Below are positions 15,201-26,877 of a stretch of 64,000 nt of DNA, piece after piece. Positions within the stretch are counted from its first letter, which is position 1. The number at the start of each line of letters is the position of its first letter. Location: assembly GCF_964355755.1 (NCBI RefSeq), contig NC_092678.1:2806422-2870421 (forward strand), given 5' to 3'. Position numbers and translations under genes: made by a program. Under the pieces are notes generated by a model, which saw nothing but the letters and a program-made list of their open reading frames with translations, was not told the origin of the DNA and did not search any database. The DNA is from Antedon mediterranea. Lineage: Eukaryota > Animalia > Echinodermata.

Positions 15201-18200
15201 ATTAAAAACATTTTGGGGTTTAAGAAGTCTGGTTTAGGGAGAATTTCTGGTTTTCAGAGTGTCTGGTTTTGGGGAAATTTTCAGTCTTAAAGTTCCCAAT
15301 ATTCTTCTTCGTTGGTCTAATACTATAAACATTTTTCAAACTACAATTGTTCAAATAAATTTCAGTACCATCATTAATAACATTGACAATAAAAATGCAT
15401 CCTGGTGCTCCGACAGATGTGATATGATATTTTCCATAATTTTGAAACTTCTGTAAGAAAGATTTGTCTTTGTCGCTGCTCGCAAAAGCATCTGTTCCTA
15501 CAACGGGCTCATACGGTTCTGAATGATCTGCTGAATTCACATATATGATGTTGTGATGTTCTTGATCATCATTCCATGTCCACATGATTGACTGACCCTG
15601 GAGAAAGGATATGAAGTGAATATCAGTGAAATAAAACTATATTACATTTTCTACTATAGGCTCCAAAATACTTTTTTTTCGCCTATCATATTTAGTAAAT
15701 GTTCAGGTTGTTAGTATGTGTTCTTTATTTTTTGTAGATATGCCATTTTATTTATTCAAGGTGTTTATACTTTTACACTTTTTGCCATTTTTTAGTCCGT
15801 TTATGTGTGTGTATCTTTTTAATCGGATTTGCCGACAACCGACATTTCTTTGTTTTTTACGAAGACAAATAAAGTTTCTTCTATCTTGTATCTTGTGATA
15901 CAACATTGTACCACTCCATTCATACTCATGTGACGCCAACAGAGTTCAACCTCAATACATACCTTTTGAATTGTGACCCTTGCGGGCTTGAAACCTTTCT
16001 TTGTGACATTCACTAAGACATATTCTGGGTTGTTGCTAACGACAACAGAACTTAAGATGCTGCAACTAATGTCTTCATCCTATAAGAAAAAATATTACAA
16101 TTAATAGTTACATCTCCTTTTAGGCTAAACATGACTACCTAATAAAAAAATAGGAAGATAAATATAATATTTACCATGAATTTGTCCCCTTTAGTAGAAA
16201 ATGCCCTGCTGTAGTAATGGTAGAGTCCTGATTGTGTAAAACGCTTAGCAATGCACCTCCTAAAAAAATATCAAATTATTATTACCACAAGATATCCAGA
16301 TAAACTTTAAAAATGCTATAAATATTGACCTGTATTATGATTACCTTGGCAGAAGAATGTCTTCTGTATACATCTTAAGATTGTGTATTTCATGTGTATT
16401 GTTGACCTTTGTGACCCCATGCTTACTCATCTGTGACCATAACCAAGCAACGCAATCATTGACATCTACTAGAACGGGATCTGGCAGAATCACATTGTTA
16501 GCTATGGACACCTCATGAACCTGTAAATAACACAAAATTTATTTTACCCGTCCATGATATCTATCTGGCGCTTTACAGGCAGTTGACCGTTGTGTCTCAC
16601 TTAAGTTTACATTTGTGGGGTTATATTTGACCTTGGGATAATGATGAAGATAATGATAAAGTTTGTAATTTTACCTTGGCCTGTGTCTTCACCACAAATG
16701 ACCCAAACATATCTTGAATTCCAGAACTAAATAACCAAATTTTTAAATGTTATGTTTATTTTCATCAATTTCCTTTTACATCGCAATTATTATGTAGTGG
16801 TCTTTTAAAAGTTTTAAAAGTATGTTTAACCTTTTGTAGAAAAACTCTCCTGTATTGACAACTTCATATAGATAAGCTCCTGCATAAGAGTGTGGTTGTC
16901 CACTGCAGAAGCCATCAGCAATAGGATGTCCACTACTGGTCACCTACAAAAAGCATTGAATTAACTTTATCTATAAAGTATAAATTGACAACATTATCCA
17001 TTGTGTTTTTTAGGTTTCTTTTGTGTGGCAATATTCACTATAGTTCCCTTCATGAAATTAGCTTTGGAACTATTTGTTCAATAGTTTGTCAATAAAGTAA
17101 TAGCAACTGCTCGTTTCGGAATCTTTCATTTATAAACCAAGGAAATTATTTTTATATTTTATACCTGAATAATGTTATGCTCTATCTTAGATCCTTCCCA
17201 CGACCACCACATTCTGTCACCAACATGTACAGTTTGCGTTTTTGGTTGTAATCCGGTTTCAGTCACTTTGATAAAATGGTCCTGCAAACAAGATCATAAA
17301 ACCGAATCATCAGATTTGCTGTTTGCTAGGATTGAACTACTGTTGACTAAAGGCCAACACAGACAACATCGTACAACGAGGCCTGACGAAAAGTCTTGGC
17401 TCGTCGGTGCTGTCTGAATTGAATCCCAGCAAGACTAGTCATCTTGAGATAGGATCAAGCATAGTTGTTAGGTCGTTTTTTCCTGACAAGACGAGTCTCC
17501 AGTTTACCTTAATATGGCTTATATTTGAATTTATTAAATATTATAAAGTCCATACCTGCGAACCTGGTTGGACAATGATAGAGCAGCTACCAACACTCAT
17601 CGTTGAGTCTGATATTCGATACTGAAATACTCCTGTAGTGTTAAACTGCACACTGGTGACCCCAAAACATGTTACAAGAGATTCAGCAGTATGATCCAGA
17701 TATTGACATTTGTCTAGAAAAAAATTATTTATTGGCATTGTGGAATGTGAGTAGGCAAGACTTGTGTCACTATCTTCAGATAAAAGCAATGTCACTAGAT
17801 GGACATTGATATATAATGGTCTCATGATTTTGACATCATTTGGCACAATCTTTATTATAGTTACACCCGGCAAAATGGCGAAAGGTTATGAGGTCAATCA
17901 GGTGTGTTTCTGTCTATATTTGTTGGTTAGTAGGATTACTCAAAAAGTTATTGCCTGATTTTCTTAAGATTTAAAAGGATGGTTTCATAGCTGTATGGGA
18001 ATACATGATTTGACTTTCATATGTCTAGGTGCAGGTTTGTGCTACCTCAGTGCCCTTCTAGTTTCTTTCTAGGTTTGATACCTTAATATGTAATATAGTT
18101 TTTGACATCTAGATTTATTAGAATGACTTACTGTTGCAGTCAACTTCAGAACCACTCTTTCCATCACCTGCCACACAACTATCAATCTGTGAAAAAAACG

Positions 18201-21200
18201 TAAGTAAGAATAAATTGAAAAGCTCATTATCATTAATTTGTATGTTTAGATAAGATATACATTTTATGTATATTACTTACCAACATAATTGAGAATGTAT
18301 TAATGACTGTATCGACATTCCATTCCCATTGAATACGATCCCCAGAACAAATTGTTTGCAATTCTGAAAATGCAAAAAAAAAAAACAACCAATGATTCAA
18401 TTTAGATCTTCCATTCTAACCATATTGGTATGATAACTGCAGAAGGCAGATGATTGGTATGAGACCTTTAAAATATAATACAGTTTGATTTCACCTACCA
18501 GGGTAGAATCCTTCTGCTGATACCTCAATCGGATGCACGGTCTGTTTTGGTTTTACAAGGATAATTCCAAAGTTTTTATTCAAACCATCGATAGTTTGAT
18601 CGCCATAGTAATAAACACCTCTAGACTTGAACACATGACACAGCATTCCAGAACGACTGATAAAAAAATTATCTTTTAATTAAAAGAAGGAAAACTGTTT
18701 TGAGCCTTATGGCTAATCTCTAAGATTCCCCGAATTTCATACCCATTCCCTACTACTGTGTGCTCTAACATAAACTCTTTATAAGATGGTTAAAAATCTA
18801 AACATAGAGTGTATGCATCCTATCTAACTCATGAAAATAGTCTTTCGATTCAACTCCATCCTTCGTATAGTATTTACCTGGGACCTTCTGAAATAAATCC
18901 ACCTCTAACCGAACTCAAGTTCTCGCTTCCTGTCAATGAGGCCGACTGTACTTGTATAATTTGATGTTGTTTCTTGCACTGTAACATAAATAGTTTATCC
19001 AATTAAATTGTAGCTTTTAGTTTACAAGCTCAGGCCATTGATGCACATCATTGTACACTGTACCATTTTTCTGTATAGTATTATGTCTATTTGTTTCAAG
19101 ACAGTTCAATTTAGGGTGAAGGTCTAATCATAGAGATCTCTATGGTCTAATGCATAATTTAGTCTTGTGTTTGTGTCTAAACAAAGGGTAATAGTTTAAT
19201 GGACTTTCCTAATGTAATTTTACTACTTTATAAATATGGAAATAAAGGTCCATGTTGATTCACTCGAGTACCTTAGGCCTTAGAGTTTAGCCCTCAACAT
19301 ACCTTAAGTCTACTCCATTCCCACCAGACCTTATCACCTTCTTCTATAGTCAGAATGCGTGGATTGAAGCGTATATCTGTAACATCAACCTTGTGTTCTC
19401 TTTGTATCTCTTTTACTTGAACGATGCATAACTGTAATTGCCCTCCTGTCTTTCCCACTGTTTGAAAATAGAACATTCCAGGAGATCTACAACAAAAATA
19501 AAAGTTACAGTCATCTTTTAAAAAGAACAAACAAAGAGCATTTATTTTAAGGTACTGTAAGCGCAGGTGTTTGACCTTTGTACCCAATTGTACATCTGGG
19601 TGGAGAGAGGCAAACGTAAGTAAAGTGTCTTGTCTAAGGATACAAGGAATGCGACGAGTGTTGGACTTAAACTCCCGATTAGTATTCCAACGTCAGTGGT
19701 GTAACGCATATATTATTGCCTGTTTTTTTCTCTGGGCACTGCTCATGGGCCCCATAAACTCCAGGGCCCCTGGGTTTATCAAGTGAGTGCTTGTAGCCAT
19801 TGTCCAACGTCCAACACACTGCGCCATACAGCCTTACAATGAAGTAAAGATTTACCTCAAACCTAATTTCCTTATGTTAAATTTAAATCCAATTTCGACT
19901 TACTCAAATTTCTTTTTAAAACTTCCTGTCTTTGAAGGCTCCACACCACTACAAGAATAAAAACCGCCAATATGTTATATTTATTAAAAGCAACCTGAAT
20001 GACTATACTTGGAATAAATTTCAACAAAATTGTTACCTAGATTTTGTGGTAAGAACACCTGTGTGTCTGGCACAAAGTTGTACCTCATTGATGCTGCGTA
20101 GACTCCCACATCCAGACCAAATCCATTTGATGGTGTTACCTTGAAATATCTGCCAGGCATTGTCTTTAAACCCTTCATCTGTTACCTGGCAACAGAACAA
20201 ATTAATAATTTGATTATTAAATATGTCTAATTATGACTAAAAATGTCATAAAATCAAATACTAACAATGTTTGATAATTATCTATTTATCATTACTGTCA
20301 TTATTTTTAATTTACAAACTAAATAAATATATATTACCTCGGCTTGTATTATTAATTGAGAATAGACTGTAATATTTAGAAATTTTCCCGTTCCTATGCC
20401 AGCACTAAAAACATAATAATAATAATATTAATAAATACTAGTATAATGACGTCAAAATAAATTACAATGTTGCTTTACAATATTCATACATTGTGTGGAA
20501 AAGGTTGCATGCATATTTTTTAATTTCTAATACATTACAATCAATTTTTTAGTTTTAGGACTTTAACCGTAATTGTACATCTCATGATAAAACCACCATA
20601 AAATAATTCTAGTTATATAGATTAACCAATGACTAATTGGTTTTTGATTGAAAGCAAAATCAGATATTGTCAGTGATTGTGATTTATTTGTTGATTTTAA
20701 TCATGAATAATCTTTTTGTAAATATACACCCTACAAAGCTAATATTTACATAGAGGGGGCTAACAATGAATTCCAAAAGTTAGTAAACATCCATATTTGT
20801 CAAAAATTTTATTTCATGGGTACATTTTTTTAATCCATCAGTGGTTCCTCTTCCCCCTCCACTCCACCCTTTGAATCTATTTAAGAAATATCATTTTTTA
20901 GACCCATTTCACCATGGCAGATCGAAGGTAGTTAGGTAGATAAAATTTGTATATTTTTCCTTGAAAAAGTTACTCTAAGGTAAAATCGTACAAACTGCTA
21001 CAGGTTTTTAGTGTACCTACCTAAAAAATCGAAAATCGCCTTCTAAGTTGAATTCAATATCGTATTGACCTTCAAAGGTCGGTTCACCAGAATCATACCC
21101 TCCAATGACCTCTAAGACTAACTGGTTGTCAAGAACAACCTGATGACATAATGTTAGAAATATTACATTAATTTAAATTTACAATAGGCCTACATATTAC

Positions 21201-22407
21201 TTATGAATTATGTATTTAAAAAAAATAAATAAAATAATAGGAATAATAATAATAGACGGATTTGCATAAAGTATAAATTGAACTGTGATCTGCATTTCTA
21301 ATTGTTTTTACTGATTTCAAAATAAAAATTCAAATTCTTACTTGTTTAACATTTTGACTTGTACCGCATGCCCACGAAATGGAAACAACCTATTAAATCA
21401 CAAATTATTATACTTCTGATATTCAATTTCAACAAAAATAGAAACTGCTACTTCTTGAACTCTTCCTGAAAACTTGGCTATTTTTTATATTGTTTAATTT
21501 AGATTGTTTTTTGTATCTCTTTTGAGATCTATCTATTGTTGGTCATATAACATACACATTGAACATGTTAATCAGTAATTTGCCTTGGAATATATATCGC
21601 ATTTTATTCCATTGAGAATTAATATAGAATAAAAAACATTTGTAATAAATTGACAATTATAAACACACGTTCATTTTAAAAACAATTTTTGTTTGTCAAA
21701 TTGAGAAACAGGTGTGTCACTATGACAACCTTTGATGCTGTTCTTTTTATTAAATATCATAATGGCATCTTAATGAAGTTATCACAATGTTACAAACTCC
21801 AACAATCAATAATGTAATAAAATATACTATATCTTATTTCAAAACCTAATTATTACAAAGCTTTGGATATTGTTGTTTTATGATGTTTGAAGACAATTTA
21901 AATTGCTAGTATTTGGTATTTGATCAATTCTTATAAAATATTATTATACTTGTTGGACATTTGTGAAACTGTTTTATTGGCTCTTTTCTAATCGGTTGAA
22001 AATAAATATTATATTCATAATAATGCATATTCTGAAATAATTTACCATCTGAAAAGCATACAAAACAGTTATATTTTCCTCCTTTTAAGCAACTGCTTAA
22101 ATCACCATTCTTACCTGTCCACTTGTTATAATTAGGTCGTCAGGAGTGAATCCGTCCTTAGTTAACTGGACATGAACCACGCTACCTGGTTCTACAAAAA
22201 TACAGAAAAGACTGTTTAAATTCAAGTCAACTTTTACTACTTAGTTGTCCCTTTGGTACATAAAATTGTTTAAACTAATGTTATTATTTTACTTTTAAAA
22301 ACGATTATTCATTTAAAATTTTTACCTGGTCTGGTTAATTGATGACCAGGCTTTGGCCGGTGTAGACCATCCCATCGGTCATCTTCTTTAGAAGCACCTG
22401 TCCCCAT
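211..22407 (-). CDS. Large uncharacterised multi-exon protein (>3100 aa, 3' end outside window): myristoylation signal, 7 cupredoxin-like repeats, CHB_HEX_C/Fn3_assoc-like domain, FN3 array, thioredoxin-like domain
   Basis: Phase-consistent exons in transcript order: 22326-22407 (MGTGASKEDDRW), 22115-22191, 21342-21389, 21021-21139, 20338-20404, 20037-20185, 19904-19948, 19303-19486, 18878-18978, 18499-18656, 18281-18363, 18132-18186, 17556-17713, 17165-17281, 16831-16943, 16675-16726, 16345-16520, 16175-16259, 15963-16079, 15369-15597, 14863-15017, 14512-14618, 14063-14162, 13761-13886, 13214-13366, 12701-12862, 12289-12385, 11943-12080, 11652-11751, 10421-11237, 9939-10111, 9719-9826, 9281-9558, 8942-9140, 8526-8649, 8149-8343, 7876-8059, 7368-7520, 7176-7277, 6998-7093, 6622-6789, 5472-6185, 5048-5360, 4752-4928, 4107-4385, 3714-3958, 3549-3604, 3244-3422, 2888-3068, 2592-2765, 2124-2428, 1939-2017, 1743-1821, 1499-1635, 996-1153, 555-776, 211-274. 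Summed length is 9312 nt in frame, ending at a phase-0 donor. The 10.3-11.8 kb joins are the least certain. Confidence 0.85.
996..13886 (-). CDS. Fibronectin type III repeat array of large gene
   Basis: Many FN3 signatures: EPPNNLRCVKYSESSVTLAWDAPQYGSDRLLKYVVRW, GSPDPPIIGCSSITPYEFILEWGTPRLFGGVGIRGYKVYMND, PPTINRVPTTKAASIKIQWTEPTLTGGAKVAHYR, LKPGEYYEVT, LMENTTYKL. Confidence 0.88.
4505..4745. mobile_element. Harbinger-like MITE copy with a nested Helentron/DINE-like insertion at about 4610-4712
   Basis: TIRs aagctttgtctactctatcaaac / gtttgatagtgtagaccaagctt. Internal ttttagtcgcgtg...(ttgg)n...ggccttgttt segment is absent from other copies and recurs inverted at about 59995-60118. Confidence 0.75.
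6408..6562. repeat. Tandem repeat, 17-bp unit, about 9 copies
   Basis: Unit tgtctaggcagtgacca. Confidence 0.93.
10421..11237 (-). CDS. Large acidic, Ser/Asn-rich low-complexity linker exon of large gene
   Basis: Lies within ORF 10403..11323. Acceptor at 11238-9, GT donor at 10420. D/E/N/S-rich (TTSSSDSDTDSSDSSLSSSS). Confidence 0.75.
14512..15017 (-). CDS. CHB_HEX_C_1/Fn3_assoc-like domain exons of large gene
   Basis: VSTPMITSECNGG...VLLKSPTEDATILYTLDGSVPELHSATTR|IYKDEQAICLKRPGLVVVRALAV matches the recalled TP-x-I...V-x-L...T-x-x-A-x-IYYT-x-DGS-x-P...Y...I-x-L...V-K/R-A-x-A signature. Confidence 0.7.
15369..22191 (-). CDS. N-terminal region of large gene: seven cupredoxin/plastocyanin-like repeats
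   Basis: Repeated motif V-x-V-T-x-x-G-F-x-P...I-x-x-G-D-x-V-x-W-x-W...H-N-I...F-x-x-x-G-x-Y/F-x-Y. Examples: VQLTKDGFTPDDLIITSGQVVSISW, VDVTDIRFNPRILTIEEGDKVWWEW, IKVTETGLQPKTQTVHVGDRMWWSWEGSKIEHNII, VNVTKKGFKPARVTIQKGQSIMWTWNDDQEHHNII. Confidence 0.75.
17855..18064 (+). mobile_element. Helentron/DINE-like element, diverged copy
   Basis: Shares ttagtaggattac...caaaaagtt.ttgcc.gattttc.taagatttaaaa.gatggttt.atagctgtatg with 43585-43780 and ends ...agtgcccttctagttt. Confidence 0.65.
19560..19835 (-). mobile_element. tRNA-derived SINE fragment interrupted by a MITE
   Basis: Minus strand reads ccttagacaagacactttac...gcctctctccacccagatgtacaattgggtac, resembling the recalled conserved body of widespread invertebrate SINE2 families. 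Confidence 0.6.
19694..19802. mobile_element. hAT-like MITE inserted into the SINE
   Basis: Termini cagtggtgtaac / gtagccattg with a perfect 8-bp TSD tccaacgt at 19686-19693 and 19803-19810. Internal gggccc motifs. Confidence 0.75.
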
Positions 22408-24579
22408 GATGACACTCACAGAAAATCAATAGCCATCCTAAAAAAAAAATATCGTACCTACTATTAGTTTGATTTTTGGTACATACCTCATCCGGCCTTG
22501 AAACTTTTTATAATCATGAAAAATACCGTATTGGATCATTTTTTGATACCTCCATGGTTGAATTATCTGGTCAAAATTAAACTATACAAACTAGAATATA
22601 ACTTTGCGATATCCAAGAACTCAATGAATCATTTTGATGATAGTAATCACGCGATATCTTCTTTTTCTTTGTTTCCTTACCACATATTGTCCACAAAAAA
22701 GAGCGATATCACTTAATATTCAGTTCAGTATTTGTATAAAGAGATGTTTTTTTTAAATGATAACTAAGAATATTCTGGCATGTATTCCTTTACACTTAGC
22801 TGTCTGATGAGTTGTTTTAAGATTGTCCACAAAACAGAGAGTTCAATTTAGATACTACTTTTAGTAATGAATTCTCTATAAAAGAGATTTTTTTCTCGAT
22901 TAAACTAAGAATATAGTGGCGTAATGTATCCCTTTTGACAACAGTCTACCTTTACACCTACTGTCTGACGAGTTGTTTCCTTGCTGCTTCCTGGATACAG
23001 TATCACAAAGAATAATCAATGAATACCAGGTGTTTTTTATGACTGTTGCTACTTTTCAAATCACAGTATTAAACTAGTCAGTATAATGTATTTATATGCA
23101 TTACATTATAATATACTCATGTAACCTGATAACTGATGAAGTGCATAATGTAATTCTCACAATTTATGTACGCCCTCATTTATGCCACTAATCTAATTTT
23201 TCTTTAGAAATTTTTCATAAATAAATAGTAGTAACAGCAACAAAAATGCTTTTTATTGCACAATATTGCTCTGTTTTATCAGAAAATACAAGAAGTTTAA
23301 CAATATAATTTAGGCTAAAGATGTTTCCTGTAATTGGCGAGATAGCAGTTAGATGCATGTGAAAAAAAAGTCATTTCAAAATTATTCTACTGCATTTTTG
23401 ACTGCATTAACATTTTATGTTTTTTAATGTGTCTCAAAGTAGTAGTTTTAAGGCAAAGAGGTTAAAACAAATTAGTAACCACAGTACAATAATTTTGACA
23501 CGATCCCTAAAGGAACAATATAATTATTACCATGCATTTCCCTACTGAAACCGGCTACTAACATTTGATCATAAAGTTTATATAACATAAAACTTTGATC
23601 CAAGTCTCGTCCATAATCCAATTATTATATCATATTATATCTGAAGCAGATTATTGAGAAGTTTAAAACTTAGAAAAGTCAATATACCTTATTCCTTTGC
23701 GTAGTCTAGAGTAAAGGTACCTAAACATTATATTATGTGGTGTTGTTGATCTTAGATCTCCAACTTGACACCAACATGCTCCACTAACCTTGAAAGGAGA
23801 TTTACTTTGGGGGCAGTATACTATTTAGTTGTTGTCAGTTGCCAAGGTTCTTTTGATTGAAGGCACAGGTTCTATTTACACGGCAAACAATTACAACTAC
23901 AACACAATGGTACTTTAATTTCTTTGTTGTACTGCAGATCTAGTGATAAGAACATCCAGGTAATAATGATTTGATTCAATAAATTCCACTAAAAATTCAT
24001 TCAAATTGAAAATGTTTATGTTTTATGTGAATAAAAGAAAATAAGGTACTTTCATAATGAGTTTAAACATCATATTTATTTTTAATAACAACATATATTT
24101 TATTACCTCCATTGTTCTGGCAATAGTTTTTAATCAAATTAAATTGAACAAATTGGAAAAAATAAAGCACACACGCATACGATTTTTAATAATAAACTTT
24201 TAATATAGTTTTGTAATTCACATCAAACACCACACACAAGGGTAGTCACAATTGCATTACAATTGGTGCAGATAAACTCAATCTTCATATAATTATTTTA
24301 TTTTACCAAAACCCACAAACACAGAAAGACAATGATGTAGAAATATTTAAACTTCTTAATCTTAACTATTTAATTTCAGGTGGGAAATTATTCGAAACAA
24401 GACATAAAATAATGTAATGCAGTTATTAAGAGTTTTTGTTAATTCAAGCCCTAACTTCTACAGACATACACAAAGTAAGTGACATTAGTAATGTTAATTT
24501 AAAGGTATGACATGGAAATGTTAATATATCTGCATTTTCTGAATATATTATACATTTCTAAATGTCTATTGACTTTAAT

Positions 24580-25001
24580 AGGGAGGTTTCGCAACCTTAC
24601 GAATACGATAACGAAAACGGATACGTCATACATTTTTTAAACTTTTGAGCTGATCCCCATTTCATATTCGTAAGCGTATTTGTGTTGACGAATATCACCA
24701 GTCATATTCGTAACTACAAAACGAGTATATACTAAAGTAATTTACTAAAATGCCAAGTCAATTTTGATAAATAGCAGTTTTTAAGGGCCTCACTCGCCTT
24801 GATGTTACGCTAGGCCTAGGCAGCCAAGCACCAAGCAACACGTACCTGCGCTTCGCTCAAATTTACCGCAGTCATATTTTGGACGCGCCTCAATATTTCG
24901 TTGCCATGCGAAACAGATTTTTTTATGGCTTACGAAAACGAATACGTGTGCGTGATGTATCTGTTTTTGTTATCGTAATCGTAAGATTGCGAAACCTCTC
25001 T
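24580..25001. mobile_element. Non-autonomous DNA transposon (MITE) with long TIRs, ISL2EU/Harbinger-like termini
   Basis: agggaggtttcgcaaccttacgaatacgataacgaaaacggatacgtca ... tgatgtatctgtttttgttatcgtaatcgtaagattgcgaaacctctct: about 50-bp imperfect inverted repeats flanked by AT. Confidence 0.85.
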
Positions 25002-25290
25002 ATTATTATCAAAATTGAGAGAGACAGAGATGCACCTATTGTATAAACCAAGGTAGTTTTTTTGTAAAGAAGCTTCAACTATATTAGAATCAACAATTAC
25101 CTATTTTACAAAACAATTTTAAAATGTATTATATTTTATTACCACACCCCTGGAATGTCTCCTTTTTTCATATTTCAATATAGTGAATATAAAACTCAAG
25201 ATTTAGTAGTTTTCTTTACAAATTTTGGACATAATTCACTTTTACATAAAACCTCAATCATAAACTTTTCATGTGATCAATTAATTATAC

Positions 25291-25511
25291 CAAGGCAATC
25301 TAATAACAGGACACTGAGCTCGCCTTGCCAAGACAGGAACGTGTAACAGTCCTTTGATCTTATGTCTGGCTGCAAGAAATACCAACACAGTACATACATG
25401 TACATATTCTCTGCGGCACGCAATTGCCTGTTAAAAGGTGTGGAATTGATCGTGTCAAAGCCACAGAGAGACCCTTTGATCTCCTCTGGAGCTCAGCATC
25501 CTGTTGTTAGG
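25291..25511. mobile_element. hAT-like MITE, second copy of the 32619-32750 family
   Basis: caaggcaatctaataacaggacactgagc ... gctcagcatcctgttgttag. Confidence 0.72.
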
Positions 25512-26877
25512 ATAAGCATACAGATAAGATAGTTTTTTCAACAAATATTGTGAGAACAATTCCTAGCCTTAAAACAGACTTGGGATTGCTAGGTACAAAT
25601 TTTCTTAATTATGACAGAGGCACTTTCTTACTCGGTAGTTTCTCGCTCAAGGCAGAACATAATATTAGTATTTGAAAAAACAATTGAACATAATTTCTAA
25701 AGCAAGTATTCTCAATGTACTTAATTAGTATAAAGTACAAACATAAAGACAAACATCTGACCTAAGTTAATATAAAAGTTCTACCTAATTTCACCACAGG
25801 AAGCCCAAACAAAACACACCTGATGAACTATAGCATTCCTGAGTCTACACACATATACCTGCTACACCATACTATTAATTCCATATATGTATATCTTAAT
25901 CTATATATATATATAATTTATTTTACAAACAAATGAAATAATTTGTAGTTGCATTGTTTTCTACACCAGAATAATTTATTGCACTACAACATCAGCAATA
26001 AATTAATTTAGCATTGTTTTTCTTTTTGCATTGAAAGCTCTGTTACGACACTATGGCAAATATCAAGTATCTTTATATTCTAGCTAGGCGTATACATGAT
26101 TTTCTCTAAAAAGTTTAAAGGGATTCGCAAATGACATTTTCCTATTAAGCAAGTAAAAAATTAAGTAGTATCTGTTGAAAATTTAAAAAACAAAACTGCA
26201 TTTTAAGGCGGATGGAAGCAAGATTTGAAATTGAAAATTGAATCTTAAAAAGGGTGTTTTCTATGAAATAAAACAAGCTTAAATGTCCCAATACAATAAT
26301 TATCACAATACAATAATTATCACAAGGGATTCAGAATATATACATGTAGTGAGAATATTCCATATAAAAAGAAATATATTTACAATAAATTTTACCAAAG
26401 AGTAATCTTATAGCTATTTAAATATACTTTGTTTTACTTTTAAATCACAATAATTTTTTCATTTCAAAGACTTATCTACATTGATTTCTATTCATAAAAG
26501 GCATCTGATAATAATTTAAAGCAAAAATATCTTCTAAAAATATAAACAATGATCAAAAACATAGTACTTCATATACATATAGTCACACGTTTTAAACAAT
26601 TCAGCCCAAAATCTTATTCAATACTTTTGTATCTGCAAATAAAGTGAACGATTTTGTTCATTGCGAATTACCATTTCAACTAAGTATCAAGATACACCAC
26701 TAGCGTTGGGAAGGTGTTGTTCCGTTTACCCTCCCCTACAAAGTGGCATGTTGGGAAGGTTTTGTTTCGTTTACCCTCCCCTACAAAGTGGCATGTTGTA
26801 TTTTAGAAACCAATATGCTATGATCATGGTGAGAGCATCTAACAATTCTTGAAAATAATGCAATAGACTGCAACATC

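Noticed and set aside
21716-21729. RFX X-box-like gtcactatgacaac suggesting ciliary regulation of the large gene
   Set aside because: A single imperfect match in an intron, which could easily be chance and needs conservation data.
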